Source: Longimicrobiales bacterium (lineage in GTDB: Bacteria > Gemmatimonadota > Gemmatimonadetes > Longimicrobiales > Gaopeijiaceae). From it: a DNA stretch of 64,000 nt. The notes beneath the pieces are model-generated. The model saw only the letters and a list, made by a program, of their open reading frames with translations. It was not told the origin of the DNA and did not search any database. Positions 50,054 through 59,639 of the stretch are shown in pieces. The position numbers and the translations under genes are program-made. Within the stretch, counting starts at the first letter, position 1. Every line of letters starts with the position of its first letter. The stretch lies in the NCBI GenBank assembly GCA_965226375.1, contig CBDDCX010000008.1:1344001-1408000 (forward strand). The letters are read 5' to 3'.

Positions 50054-51277
50054 TCAGAGCGGCGCCGCTGGAAGGCGAATTTCAAACATGGCGCCGGCAC
50101 CTTCGGTGTCCAGCAGGTAGATGTGACCCTTGTGGCCCACCTCGATGATTCGCCGGGACAGGGTGAGGCCGACTCCCCAACCACGGTCCTTACCGCTGAC
50201 TCCGGGCTCGAAGAGCTTGTCGCGTACCTCAGGATCCACCCCAGGTCCGGTGTCCTGGATGCGCAGGTGCACCCAGCCAGGCAGCCCTTTACGGACCTGC
50301 AGCCGAATCTCCCCCCCTCGCCCAGCCATCGCATCCAACGCGTTCTTTACCACGTTCTCGAGCGCCCATGAGAGTATCACCTCATTCCCCATGATCTTCG
50401 GCAAACCCTTGGGCACGTCCACGATGATGAGAATGCCGCTCGTCAGCCTGGGAAGGCGCGCCTGAAGGTAGCGCTCCAACTCCCGTACTATTTCACGGAT
50501 GTCCAGGGGCTCCAACTCTGGATCCCGGCCGATCAACTCGAAGCGGTGACTGATGCGCTCCAGCCTCACGAGATCCTCGTCGATCCCAGTGGCGACCGTA
50601 TCGACCTCGAGTGATCCTGGCCTTTCCTCCAACGGCAGGCGCAGCAGTTCCAACCAACCCTGTAGGGACGAGATCGGCGTCCCCAACTGGTGAGCCAACT
50701 CGCGGGCCATCGCGGTCCACGCCTTCTCCTGCTCGGCCCTGCGCTGATATCGAATGACGAGAAAGCCGATGAGCACGGTGATGACCAGACCGCTGGCCTG
50801 GAAGTAGGGAATCCACTTGAGCCCGGACAGCGTTGGGGTATCACCAAAGTAGATCAGGTTGTCCCCAGCGCCTACGACAGGCTCCCTGCCCGTGGCGGTC
50901 AGACGCCGGACCAGAGCTTTGACCTGTTCCTGGCCCTCTGGCGTGTAGATGTCCGGCCCGCCAGGCACGTTCTCCACCGAGAGCACGCTGTCGGCCGCGT
51001 CCATGACGATGAGTGGAATGCCCGACCTGATGACGACTCCCTGAAGCTCGAAAAGGGCCAGATCGAAGCGACCCGCGTCTCGTACACCCTCCTCGAAGTC
51101 CGCCCTCTCCGAATCTCCCGGATCCTGAATGAGCTCCTGAGCGAGGGTGAACACCTCGGTCATGAGTGCTTGATTGCGATGCAGGCCAGCGACGATGCTC
51201 TGGCTGTAGAGCAGATACCAGGTGAGAAGCGCGAAGAAGAGCGTCGCCAGCGCGACCGGCCACCGGATGCGCATCAT
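50054..51277 (-). CDS. Sensor histidine kinase (2 TM, periplasmic sensor)
   Basis: H-box MARELAHQLGTP, N-box ENVVKNALDA, DTGPG, GWGVGL. Confidence 0.93.
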   Translation of the reverse strand: MMRIRWPVALATLFFALLTWYLLYSQSIVAGLHRNQALMTEVFTLAQELIQDPGDSERADFEEGVRDAGRFDLALFELQGVVIRSGIPLIVMDAADSVLSVENVPGGPDIYTPEGQEQVKALVRRLTATGREPVVGAGDNLIYFGDTPTLSGLKWIPYFQASGLVITVLIGFLVIRYQRRAEQEKAWTAMARELAHQLGTPISSLQGWLELLRLPLEERPGSLEVDTVATGIDEDLVRLERISHRFELIGRDPELEPLDIREIVRELERYLQARLPRLTSGILIIVDVPKGLPKIMGNEVILSWALENVVKNALDAMAGRGGEIRLQVRKGLPGWVHLRIQDTGPGVDPEVRDKLFEPGVSGKDRGWGVGLTLSRRIIEVGHKGHIYLLDTEGAGAMFEIRLPAAPL

Positions 51278-51350
51278 GGGGCGAGATCTCCAGTGCGCTG
51301 CTCAATCCACAGATACATGGCCCCGCCCGCCCTACCAGACCGGGGGCCCA

Positions 51351-52628
51351 CTACGCTTCGATGGTCGAGCGGCCGAGTCGCTCTTGGAGAGCTTCGGGTA
51401 CACGCACCGAGCCGTCGGCCTGCTGGTATGTCTCCAGGATGGCCACCATGAGCCTCGGAAGAGCCAACGCCGATCCGTTGAGCGTGTGCACGAACTCCGG
51501 CTTGTCCGCGGGGGTCGGCCGGTAACGGATATTGGCCCTCCGGGCCTGGTAGTCGGCGAACGTGCTACAGCTCGAGACCTCGAGCCACTGCGCCACTCCA
51601 GGTGCCCAGACTTCGAGGTCGTACGTCATGGCCGACGAGAACCCGAGATCGGCGGTCGCCAGAGTCACCACCCGGTAGTGAAGATCCAGCCGTTGCAGAA
51701 TCAGTTCCGCCTCGCCGGTCAGCTCCTCCAGCGCCTCCCTTCCCCGTGACGGGGGCTCGTATCGCACGAGTTCGACCTTGTCGAACTGGTGTACTCGGAG
51801 AAGGCCTCGCGTATCCGCCCCGGCAGCACCCGCTTCGCGTCGGAAGCAGGGGCTGTACGCCGTGTACCGCACGGGGAGATCTTCGGCCGACAACAGTTCA
51901 TCGCGATGAAGATTCGTCATGGGCACTTCAGCGGTTGGAATCAGCCAGAGATCGTCGCGCTCGGTTTGATACGACTCGTCGGCAAATTTGGGTAGCTGGC
52001 CGGTGCCCGTAAGCGAGTCGCGGCTCACGAGATAAGGGACTCGGAGCTCGGTGTAGCCGTGTTCGAGGGTGTGGATGTCGAGCATGTAGTCGATGAGGCA
52101 CCGCTGCAGTCGAGCCCCAACGCCCTTCAGGACGGGAAAACCCGAACCGGACACCTTGGTGCCTCTGGGCAGGTCGAGCAGCCCGAGGCTCTCCCCGAGA
52201 TCCCAGTGAGGCTTCGGTTCGAAGTCGAACTCGGCGGGCGAGCCCACCACCCGAACGACGTGGTTGCACTCCACGCCGCCCTCCGGCACTTCATCCATGG
52301 GGAGATTCGGGATCGTCAGCAGAACCTCTCGAATACGGTCCTCCACCTCGAGGACATCGCCATCAATCTCCGAGATGCGATCACCCACCTCGCGCATGGC
52401 GACGATCATGTCCTCGGCGTCGCCACCCTCCCGCTTGAGCTCACCGATTTTCTTGGAGACCTCGTTGCGTTCGGCCTTGAGGTCATTCACCTCGCTGAGG
52501 CCCGCCCGCCGTCTCTCGTCCAGTGCAAGGATCTCGTCGACGGATTCCACGAGCCCCTCCGATCCCCGCCGCGCCAGGGCGGCCTTGACCACATTGGGCT
52601 CGCTCCGGATACGGCGAATGTCGAGCAC
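51351..52628 (-). CDS. serS: Serine-tRNA ligase
   Basis: LDI..IR, GTGQLPKF, PTAEVP, FRREAG, RVHQFDKVE, HTLNGS; GTG start at 52628. Confidence 0.97.
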   Translation of the reverse strand: MLDIRRIRSEPNVVKAALARRGSEGLVESVDEILALDERRRAGLSEVNDLKAERNEVSKKIGELKREGGDAEDMIVAMREVGDRISEIDGDVLEVEDRIREVLLTIPNLPMDEVPEGGVECNHVVRVVGSPAEFDFEPKPHWDLGESLGLLDLPRGTKVSGSGFPVLKGVGARLQRCLIDYMLDIHTLEHGYTELRVPYLVSRDSLTGTGQLPKFADESYQTERDDLWLIPTAEVPMTNLHRDELLSAEDLPVRYTAYSPCFRREAGAAGADTRGLLRVHQFDKVELVRYEPPSRGREALEELTGEAELILQRLDLHYRVVTLATADLGFSSAMTYDLEVWAPGVAQWLEVSSCSTFADYQARRANIRYRPTPADKPEFVHTLNGSALALPRLMVAILETYQQADGSVRVPEALQERLGRSTIEA

Positions 52629-52629
52629 G

Positions 52630-53214
52630 TCAGTCGCCGTCTGGGGGGACGAGATCCCGATCGTTACACAGGGGGTTCGCATCGTAGAGAAAGAGCAAGC
52701 TCCCCCCCGAGAGATCGATCTCCAACGCTTCCATCTTCGCGTAGAAGAGGCAGTTGAATCCGAACTGATCCGAACCCTGGTGCGTACGGATCACGTAGAT
52801 CGAACCCAACGTGATCGGTACCGGCTCGTCGATGGTATAGATCGTCGTGTCTTCCGGGGCTTCTCGTACCTCATCGAAGTTCAGACCGGGCAACTCCAGG
52901 ATCCGTGCCTCGCTCGGGATGCCAAGCACCTCCGGTAGCAAGAAAACGAACTCGTCGTTCTGAGTGTCCAGAATCACATCCCACAGGCCGGTCGACGCCG
53001 GCGACTCAACGACCTGCGCGACCCCGAGATGGAAGTCGAAGGCCGACGGGAGGTTCAGGTCGGGACGGGCGAGAGAGAAGATGAGCGCCGTGTCCGGAGT
53101 CGCAGTCCATCCGATGTCGAAGGGATCCCTTCCTCCGCACGCGGACAACCCGACAATCAGAACGAGCACAGTGACACAACGGGTCACCGATCTAGGGAGA
53201 ATATACCTGTTCAC
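52630..53214 (-). CDS. Hypothetical lipoprotein
   Basis: Lipobox LSAC after a hydrophobic stretch; beta-rich acidic body with two C-terminal Cys; start uncertain. Confidence 0.7.
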   Translation of the reverse strand: MNRYILPRSVTRCVTVLVLIVGLSACGGRDPFDIGWTATPDTALIFSLARPDLNLPSAFDFHLGVAQVVESPASTGLWDVILDTQNDEFVFLLPEVLGIPSEARILELPGLNFDEVREAPEDTTIYTIDEPVPITLGSIYVIRTHQGSDQFGFNCLFYAKMEALEIDLSGGSLLFLYDANPLCNDRDLVPPDGD

Positions 53215-53298
53215 AGAAGCAATTTTTCGGTTGAAATGGAGGCCCAAGGCTACCCGAAACGACTCGAGGGTGTCAACCCTGCAAGTCCGTGATGTACC

Positions 53299-53328
53299 TT
53301 GACTTCTACACCGTTTGACGGGTAGGTT
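53299..53328 (+). promoter_or_regulatory. Candidate promoter for the response regulator-manC operon
   Basis: TTGACT-N18-TAGGTT. Confidence 0.5.
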
Positions 53329-53365
53329 CCCGCCCCTGGTCAGCCCAAGTGAGGAGCCGAAATCA

Positions 53366-53767
53366 ATGCCGAAGGCGGCTGAGTCCTCCGCCCCGCGCGG
53401 GCACATTCTCGTGGCAGACGACGAGCCCCATATTCGGCGTATCCTCCAGACGCTACTCGAGTCGGCAACCTTTCATGTAGACGCACAGCCGGACGGAACG
53501 GCAGCGATTCAGGCGCTCGAGGGCGATGCTCACTACGATCTGATTCTCTTGGACATCATGATGCCCGGAGCGACCGGACTGGAGGTGCTGAGCCATCTAC
53601 GCGGGTTGGATCATCGCAAGGCCACGCCCGTTGTCATTCTCACCGCCAAGGGACAGGATGCAGATCGGGAGCAGGCATTCTCCCTCGGAGCGAATGACTT
53701 CCTCACCAAGCCCTTCAGCCCCAAGAAGCTACTTGCCAGAATCCACGAGATCCTCCAGGAACCCTGA
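53366..53767 (+). CDS. Single-domain response regulator (receiver only)
   Basis: ILVADDE, LLDIMMP, LTA, TKPF; GAGGAG RBS. Confidence 0.92.
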   Translation: MPKAAESSAPRGHILVADDEPHIRRILQTLLESATFHVDAQPDGTAAIQALEGDAHYDLILLDIMMPGATGLEVLSHLRGLDHRKATPVVILTAKGQDADREQAFSLGANDFLTKPFSPKKLLARIHEILQEP

Positions 53768-54911
53768 CCTCCACCTCTATATCACGATTCTGGCCGGGGG
53801 AGTAGGAAGTCGGTTCTGGCCTGCAAGCACTCCTTCGAGGCCCAAGCAACTTCTCCCGCTCGCCTCGGCCGACCCCCTCATCCTCGACACCGTCACGAGG
53901 GCCCGGAAGGTGGTATCCGATGACCGGATCCACATCCTGACCGGATCCGGGCTAGCTCAGGCGCTCCGAACGGCCCTGCCCGACTTGAGTGAGGTGGGGC
54001 TGCTGATCGAGCCGCAGGCACGAGGCACGGCACCGGCACTCGTGTGGGCGGCCTGGGAGATGGTCAAGCTCGACCCCGATGCCGTTTTGATTTCGCTCCA
54101 CGCGGATCACATGATTCGGCCGGAATCCAGCTTCGTGGACCTGCTGCACGGGACCGCGGCCCTGGCGCGCCGGGAGAACCTCCTCTTTACCGTGGCGGTT
54201 CCTCCAACTCGGCCCGAGACGGGTTATGGATACATCGAACCGGGCGAGGCCATCCAGGACGATGGCGGGGTGCGAGCGTTCCGAGTGGCCTCCTTCCGGG
54301 AAAAACCCGACTCCCAAACAGCGGCGTCCTATGTCGCCGCTGGACACCTTTGGAATAGCGGTATCTTCGTATGGAAGGCTGCGATTTTCTTGGAGGAGGT
54401 GAAAGCGGTCACGCCCGAACTCGCGGCCCTCATCCCGCTCCTGGACGAGGGCCGGGTCGATGAATTCTTCGCCCGAGCTCCGGTGACGACCGTGGACGTT
54501 TCCGTGCTGGAGCGAAGCGGTCGGGTGGCGTCTGTGGCCGCCACCTTCGAATGGGACGACATAGGTAGCTGGGAGGCATTGATGCGTAGCCAGGAACCCG
54601 ACGATGACGGCAACGTGCTGATTGGGAACGGCCACCTTGTGGAGAGCTCGCGTAATGTGGTGTACTCTCCCGAGGGTACCGTAGTCGCCTACGGGGTGGA
54701 GGACCTGGTCATCGTACAGTCCGGGGAGGTCACGCTCGTGACGCGTAGGGAGCTCGCACCCAGTCTCAAAGACCTCTTGGACCAACTACCCCCGGAACTT
54801 AAGGTGGGCGCCAGCCTGGCAGGTGCGGATGGCCTTGAAGGAGCGAGTGCCAAGGACGAACAAGAGCACGAGCCACCGGAAGCAACTCCGCCGCCGAAAG
54901 AGGTGGGCTGA
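53733..54911 (+). CDS. manC: Mannose-1-phosphate guanylyltransferase
   Basis: ILAGGVGSRFWP.S....PKQ, EP..RGTA, ADH, ETGYGYI, EKP, WNSG, WDD.GSW; probable TTG start at 53733. Confidence 0.92.
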   Translation: MPESTRSSRNPDLHLYITILAGGVGSRFWPASTPSRPKQLLPLASADPLILDTVTRARKVVSDDRIHILTGSGLAQALRTALPDLSEVGLLIEPQARGTAPALVWAAWEMVKLDPDAVLISLHADHMIRPESSFVDLLHGTAALARRENLLFTVAVPPTRPETGYGYIEPGEAIQDDGGVRAFRVASFREKPDSQTAASYVAAGHLWNSGIFVWKAAIFLEEVKAVTPELAALIPLLDEGRVDEFFARAPVTTVDVSVLERSGRVASVAATFEWDDIGSWEALMRSQEPDDDGNVLIGNGHLVESSRNVVYSPEGTVVAYGVEDLVIVQSGEVTLVTRRELAPSLKDLLDQLPPELKVGASLAGADGLEGASAKDEQEHEPPEATPPPKEVG

Positions 54912-56122
54912 TGGCTCTCTACCTTTTCGACGATGCCCGGGCCCGGAGCTGGAGGCCGTTCACGACGACCAGACCCGCCGGTGAACTCCTCTTCGGCTGC
55001 ATGCTCCTGCGCGAGCGAGCGGAAAAATTCTGGGACAGCCGATGCAGCGGACAGTTGGTGGACCCCGCCCTTGCCGGCTTCGAGGAGGCAGGTTCACCGC
55101 CGATCCTCGACCAGGCCCCCACGGGTGGTGATGAACCACTGATTTTCTTCTCGAGCCGGGCGGTACCCGACATCGCCACTACCCCGCCCCGTGACGCTCC
55201 AGCCAGGCTCATCATCGATGGTCAGACCGTGGGATGGGTCGTGTTACCCGACTCGCCTCGGCCCGGGCCAGGCGACTTTCTCGATCCTGACTCCTCTACT
55301 CTGGAAGCGCCTGTCGTGGAGGTGGGGGGTAAGGTCCTCGGAGAACCATGGGAGCTGATCGCCGGCAACGGGGAGCAAGTGTGCCAGGACGTCCCTTCCA
55401 TCTTCCCCGAGAGCCGCTTCACACTGACGAAGGGCGTCCACTGCACAGGCGCCGAGCGGATTTCGGTGGGCTCCGGCGTGCACCTCGAGGCCGGCGTACA
55501 TCTCGATGCGACTCATGGACCGATCCGTCTCTCCGACGGCGTCCACATCCTGGCCTTCACCCGACTTGCCGGTCCGGCGTTCGTCGGCACGGGGACTCAG
55601 CTGCTCGGCGGCGCGATTCAGGACGTAGGCATCGGCCCGGTCTGCAAGATCCGCGGCGAAGTGGCCAGCACCGTAATCCTGGGATATACCAACAAGGCCC
55701 ACGACGGGCACTTGGGTCATTCGTACGTAGGAAGATGGGTAAACCTGGGCGCTCTGACGACCAACAGCGACCTCAAGAATAACTATAGCACCGTGCGCGT
55801 CCCCACCGCCTCGGGCCTGGTGGACACCGGCCTCGTGAAGGTCGGTTGTATGATCGGAGATCACGTGAAAACCGGTATCGGTACGCTGCTCACTACCGGC
55901 AGCGTCGTAGGGGCCGGCAGCAACCTGTTCGGTGGACGGATGTCCCCCCGGTACGTACCGCCTTTCTCCTGGGGGTCGGGGGACACACTGGGGGAGTACC
56001 GGCTCGACCGTTTTCTCGAGGTCGTGGAGCGCGCCATGGTGCGTCGAGACATGCCCTTCACAGATGCGACCCGCACCCTGTTGACCAACGCTTGGGAGAG
56101 AACGCGATCGGAACGATCGTGA
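54911..56122 (+). CDS. GlmU-like sugar nucleotidyltransferase / hexapeptide-repeat acyltransferase
   Basis: PFTTTRP N-domain; left-handed beta-helix repeats; NKAHDG.LGHS, NLGA.TTNSDLKNNY, GDH.KTGIG. Confidence 0.85.
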   Translation: MALYLFDDARARSWRPFTTTRPAGELLFGCMLLRERAEKFWDSRCSGQLVDPALAGFEEAGSPPILDQAPTGGDEPLIFFSSRAVPDIATTPPRDAPARLIIDGQTVGWVVLPDSPRPGPGDFLDPDSSTLEAPVVEVGGKVLGEPWELIAGNGEQVCQDVPSIFPESRFTLTKGVHCTGAERISVGSGVHLEAGVHLDATHGPIRLSDGVHILAFTRLAGPAFVGTGTQLLGGAIQDVGIGPVCKIRGEVASTVILGYTNKAHDGHLGHSYVGRWVNLGALTTNSDLKNNYSTVRVPTASGLVDTGLVKVGCMIGDHVKTGIGTLLTTGSVVGAGSNLFGGRMSPRYVPPFSWGSGDTLGEYRLDRFLEVVERAMVRRDMPFTDATRTLLTNAWERTRSERS

Positions 56123-56180
56123 CATTCGAGCGATGTGATGTGCGAGGCGGACATCTGTCTCGCCATCCGGACGGGCACCC

Positions 56181-57002
56181 GTGAGGGTTTGCGTCCTCGG
56201 AACCGGCAGCGGAGGCAACGCTACATTGGTCGAAGCCGGCGAGACGCGCATACTCGTCGATGCCGGCTTCAGCGGACGGGATCTCGAGCGGCGTCTCCTT
56301 CAAATCGGCCTGACGCCCGACGCCATCGACGCCATCGTGATCAGCCACGATCATGGCGATCATACGAGGGGTGCCGGGGTGTTCAGCCGCAGACATGGAA
56401 CGCCGGTCTACCTGACCGAGCGTACCCTGACCGCCTGTTCCAAGGTCTTCCGTGGCACGGAGCCCACGGTCAGCTATCGAGTCGGACGCCACTTCGAGAT
56501 CGGATCCATTCGAGTCGAGCCGTTCATGACTGTGCACGATGCTGCCGATCCCGTCGCAGTGGCCCTGGTGGACACGACGACGGAGATCCGGGTCGGTGTG
56601 GCCACGGACCTGGGAAGGCCCAACGCCCAGATCCACCTGGCGTTGGCAGGTGCCGACTTCCTGATTCTCGAGGCCAATCACGACGAAGAGCTGCTCCGGA
56701 CGGGACCCTATCCCTGGGCAGTCCAGCAGCGCATCGCCTCGAGCCATGGGCACCTCTCGAACCATGCCGCCGCACGCTTCGCATGCGAGCTGCTTCATCC
56801 CAGGCTCGTCGGTGTACTCCTGGCTCACCTTTCACAGGAGTGCAATCGTCCCGAACTGGCAGCGGCCGTAGTGGGAGATGCCTTGAGAGCCGCCGGCTAC
56901 GAGGGCTTCCTCGGAGTAGCGCCTCAGGAGCGGCCGACGGAATTCATCGACATCGAGGAACTACGGCACCGCGTAGGGCCGGCACAACTGACGTTCCTGT
57001 AG
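56181..57002 (+). CDS. MBL-fold metallo-hydrolase (YycJ/WalJ-like)
   Basis: GSGGNA, SHDHGDH, HDAADP, TDLG, EANHD, GHLSN, HLS. Confidence 0.92.
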   Translation: MRVCVLGTGSGGNATLVEAGETRILVDAGFSGRDLERRLLQIGLTPDAIDAIVISHDHGDHTRGAGVFSRRHGTPVYLTERTLTACSKVFRGTEPTVSYRVGRHFEIGSIRVEPFMTVHDAADPVAVALVDTTTEIRVGVATDLGRPNAQIHLALAGADFLILEANHDEELLRTGPYPWAVQQRIASSHGHLSNHAAARFACELLHPRLVGVLLAHLSQECNRPELAAAVVGDALRAAGYEGFLGVAPQERPTEFIDIEELRHRVGPAQLTFL

Positions 57003-57045
57003 AGGTAAGGACACGGGCAGAGGGGACGCCCAAGAGGCCCTCTCG

Positions 57046-58404
57046 CTACAGACCGAATAGCCTCAGGATATCGTTTGAGAGCGCCCAGAGCATGATGCCC
57101 ATGATCACCAGGAATCCGACGTGACTCCACCGTAGGCGCTGCTCGATCGAGAGTGCCTTGCCCCGCACCGCTTCGATCCCGAGGAATACGAGGTGTCCAC
57201 CGTCCAGGATGGGGATCGGTAGAAGGTTGAGGATCGCCAAGTTGATCGAGAAGAGCGCCATGAAGCGGAGAAACGTCTCGAGCCCCATCTGAGCTGCTTG
57301 ACCGGATGCGGCGCCAATCGTGACGATGCTCCCCACAGACCGCGGTGACACCCCGCCCGTGACCAAGTCCCGGAGAAACCCCAGGATGAGTCCGCTGATC
57401 CCCACCGTCTCAGCCCATCCAAGCTGGGTCGCGCGGGCCAGCGATACCGGCCGATACGCCATCTCCATCAGCATGGGATAGATCCCGACCTTTCCCACCC
57501 GGATGGTCTCCCCCGATACGGGATCGTCTTCGGTCACCTCATCCGGGGTCACATAGAGCGTCAGGGGTCGACCCTCGCGCTCGATCGACAGTTCCGTTCG
57601 CATATCCGGCCGAGACTCGATGACGTCCACGAAGTCATACCAGTGGGTGATCGCGACGCCGTTGGCCACCAGGATCCGATCGCCTGCCTCGAGCCCGCCC
57701 CTTTCCGCCGGTGTGCCCGGATTGACGTCCCTGACCTGCGGCTCGATCCAAGGGCGCAGAGATCGCAAGATCCGAATCCGTACCTCTGGGTCCGTGCCGA
57801 GGTCGATCGAAGTCGACCAGGCGGGCTCCTCGGTGATCACTTCGAGCGATCCGGCAGGCGCCTCCATGAGGCCCTCCCGGATGTCGCCCCAATGTTCGAC
57901 TTCCCTGTCACCGATACGAACGACCTGTGCTCCCTCCGGAAGCTCGGCGAGAATTTCAGTGCCCTCGGGAAGCAGTCGGGCTTCTACACGGGCGATACGA
58001 TGTTCGGCGATCTCGGCCAGGCCCCACACAGCGTTTACACCGACGTAGACCGTAAACGCAAACAGCATGTTCATGATGACGCCGGCCGAAATCACGAAGG
58101 TCCGCGCCCAGATGGGCTTACTGTCGAAGTCCCGGGGAGAGGCCTGCCGGGGCTCCTTCTCGGCGCCGCCCTCCATGCGATCCATGACCTCGTCGTCCAT
58201 CCCACCCATCTTCACGTATCCGCCCAACGGGATCCAGCTCAACACATACTCGGTCTCACCCTTCCGGAATCCAAAGATGGCGGGGCCCAGACCGATGGAG
58301 AAACGCTGCACCTCAACGCCGACGGACTTGGCCGCGAGGAAATGGCCCAACTCGTGGACGAAGATGAGGACGCCAAGTAGAACAATGGTCGCCAACATGG
58401 TCAT
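57046..58404 (-). CDS. rseP: RIP metalloprotease RseP
   Basis: HELGH, PLGGYV, PDZ domains, NLLPIP.LDGGH. Confidence 0.96.
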   Translation of the reverse strand: MTMLATIVLLGVLIFVHELGHFLAAKSVGVEVQRFSIGLGPAIFGFRKGETEYVLSWIPLGGYVKMGGMDDEVMDRMEGGAEKEPRQASPRDFDSKPIWARTFVISAGVIMNMLFAFTVYVGVNAVWGLAEIAEHRIARVEARLLPEGTEILAELPEGAQVVRIGDREVEHWGDIREGLMEAPAGSLEVITEEPAWSTSIDLGTDPEVRIRILRSLRPWIEPQVRDVNPGTPAERGGLEAGDRILVANGVAITHWYDFVDVIESRPDMRTELSIEREGRPLTLYVTPDEVTEDDPVSGETIRVGKVGIYPMLMEMAYRPVSLARATQLGWAETVGISGLILGFLRDLVTGGVSPRSVGSIVTIGAASGQAAQMGLETFLRFMALFSINLAILNLLPIPILDGGHLVFLGIEAVRGKALSIEQRLRWSHVGFLVIMGIMLWALSNDILRLFGL

Positions 58405-58472
58405 GCGGTCTCCAATATCCCTCTCGTGGACGCTTCCCGCCCAGCGGTGCTCACGTCCTCACCCGATACGCA

Positions 58473-59639
58473 TTAGCCATTGGCCATCGACCGGGCCGAG
58501 GAAACGAATTCGCGAGCCGCTGAACGTGCGGCCACGTCTGCTTCCAGTACGTCATTTACGACCTCGACGTTCCGTCGCGGCACACGATCCATAGCATGAG
58601 CGACCACGTCTGCCATTTCCAGGAATCCCACCTTTTCTGCGAGAAACGAATCTACCGCAATTTCGTTCGCAGCGTTGTAGACCGCGGGAACCGTTCCCCC
58701 CCTTACTCCTGCTTCGACACCGAGAGCGAAGAGCGGGAATCGTTCTAGGTCGACCTCCTCGAAGGTCAGAGGAGATGATCGAATCGCATCGAAGGTCCTG
58801 AGCGAGGCATCACCGGCACGCTTCGGATATGACAAGGCGTACAGTATCGGCAACTCCATGGTCGGAAAGCCCATCTGGGCCAACACGGCGCCGTCCGTGA
58901 ACTCCACCATCGAGTGCACGATCGACTGCGGATGCACGACCGCTTCGATTCGGTCGTATTCAATGTCATACAGAAAATGGGCTTCGATGACTTCGAGGGC
59001 CTTGTTGGCCAGGGTGGCGGAATCGATGGTGATCTTGTCACCCATGTTCCAGGTGGGATGGCGCAGAGCCTGGTCGGGTTTCACCACCGCGAGTTCATCA
59101 TTACTCAAGCCCCGGAACGGCCCGCCCGAAGCGGTGAGGACGAGACGAGCTACCGAAGACGGATCATTACCCTTCAAGCACTGGAGAATGGCCGAATGCT
59201 CGCTGTCGATGGGGATCAACTCGCCGGCACCCTGACGAGCAGCCTCCATGACCAAGGGGCCGCCGGCCACTAGCGACTCCTTGTTCGCCAGGGCCAAGCG
59301 CTTGCCCGCTCGAAGAGCCGCAAGAGTGGCCGCCAATCCGATCGACCCGACGATCGCGTTCACCACCACATCGACCTCGGGGTCCGTGACCAACTCCAAC
59401 AGCTCCTCCGGGCCGGCTCGCCAGTCCGCGGACGGGAGCGTCGCTCGATCCCGTAGGGCGTCGGGATCGGAGATCACGGCACGAGGAACCTCGTGCTCGG
59501 CGACCTGAGCGGCGAGTTGGCCGATCGATCTGTGAGCCCCCAGAGCGACTACGCGAAAGAGATCCGGGTGTCGCTGGATAACCGAGAGCGTGGCGCGGCC
59601 GATGGACCCGGTCGATCCCAGAACGGCGACGCGTATCAC
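58473..59639 (-). CDS. dxr: 1-deoxy-D-xylulose 5-phosphate reductoisomerase
   Basis: LGSTGSIG, ANKE, PIDSEH, TASGGPF, HPTW.MG, NAANE; GTG start at 59639. Confidence 0.97.
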   Translation of the reverse strand: MIRVAVLGSTGSIGRATLSVIQRHPDLFRVVALGAHRSIGQLAAQVAEHEVPRAVISDPDALRDRATLPSADWRAGPEELLELVTDPEVDVVVNAIVGSIGLAATLAALRAGKRLALANKESLVAGGPLVMEAARQGAGELIPIDSEHSAILQCLKGNDPSSVARLVLTASGGPFRGLSNDELAVVKPDQALRHPTWNMGDKITIDSATLANKALEVIEAHFLYDIEYDRIEAVVHPQSIVHSMVEFTDGAVLAQMGFPTMELPILYALSYPKRAGDASLRTFDAIRSSPLTFEEVDLERFPLFALGVEAGVRGGTVPAVYNAANEIAVDSFLAEKVGFLEMADVVAHAMDRVPRRNVEVVNDVLEADVAARSAAREFVSSARSMANG

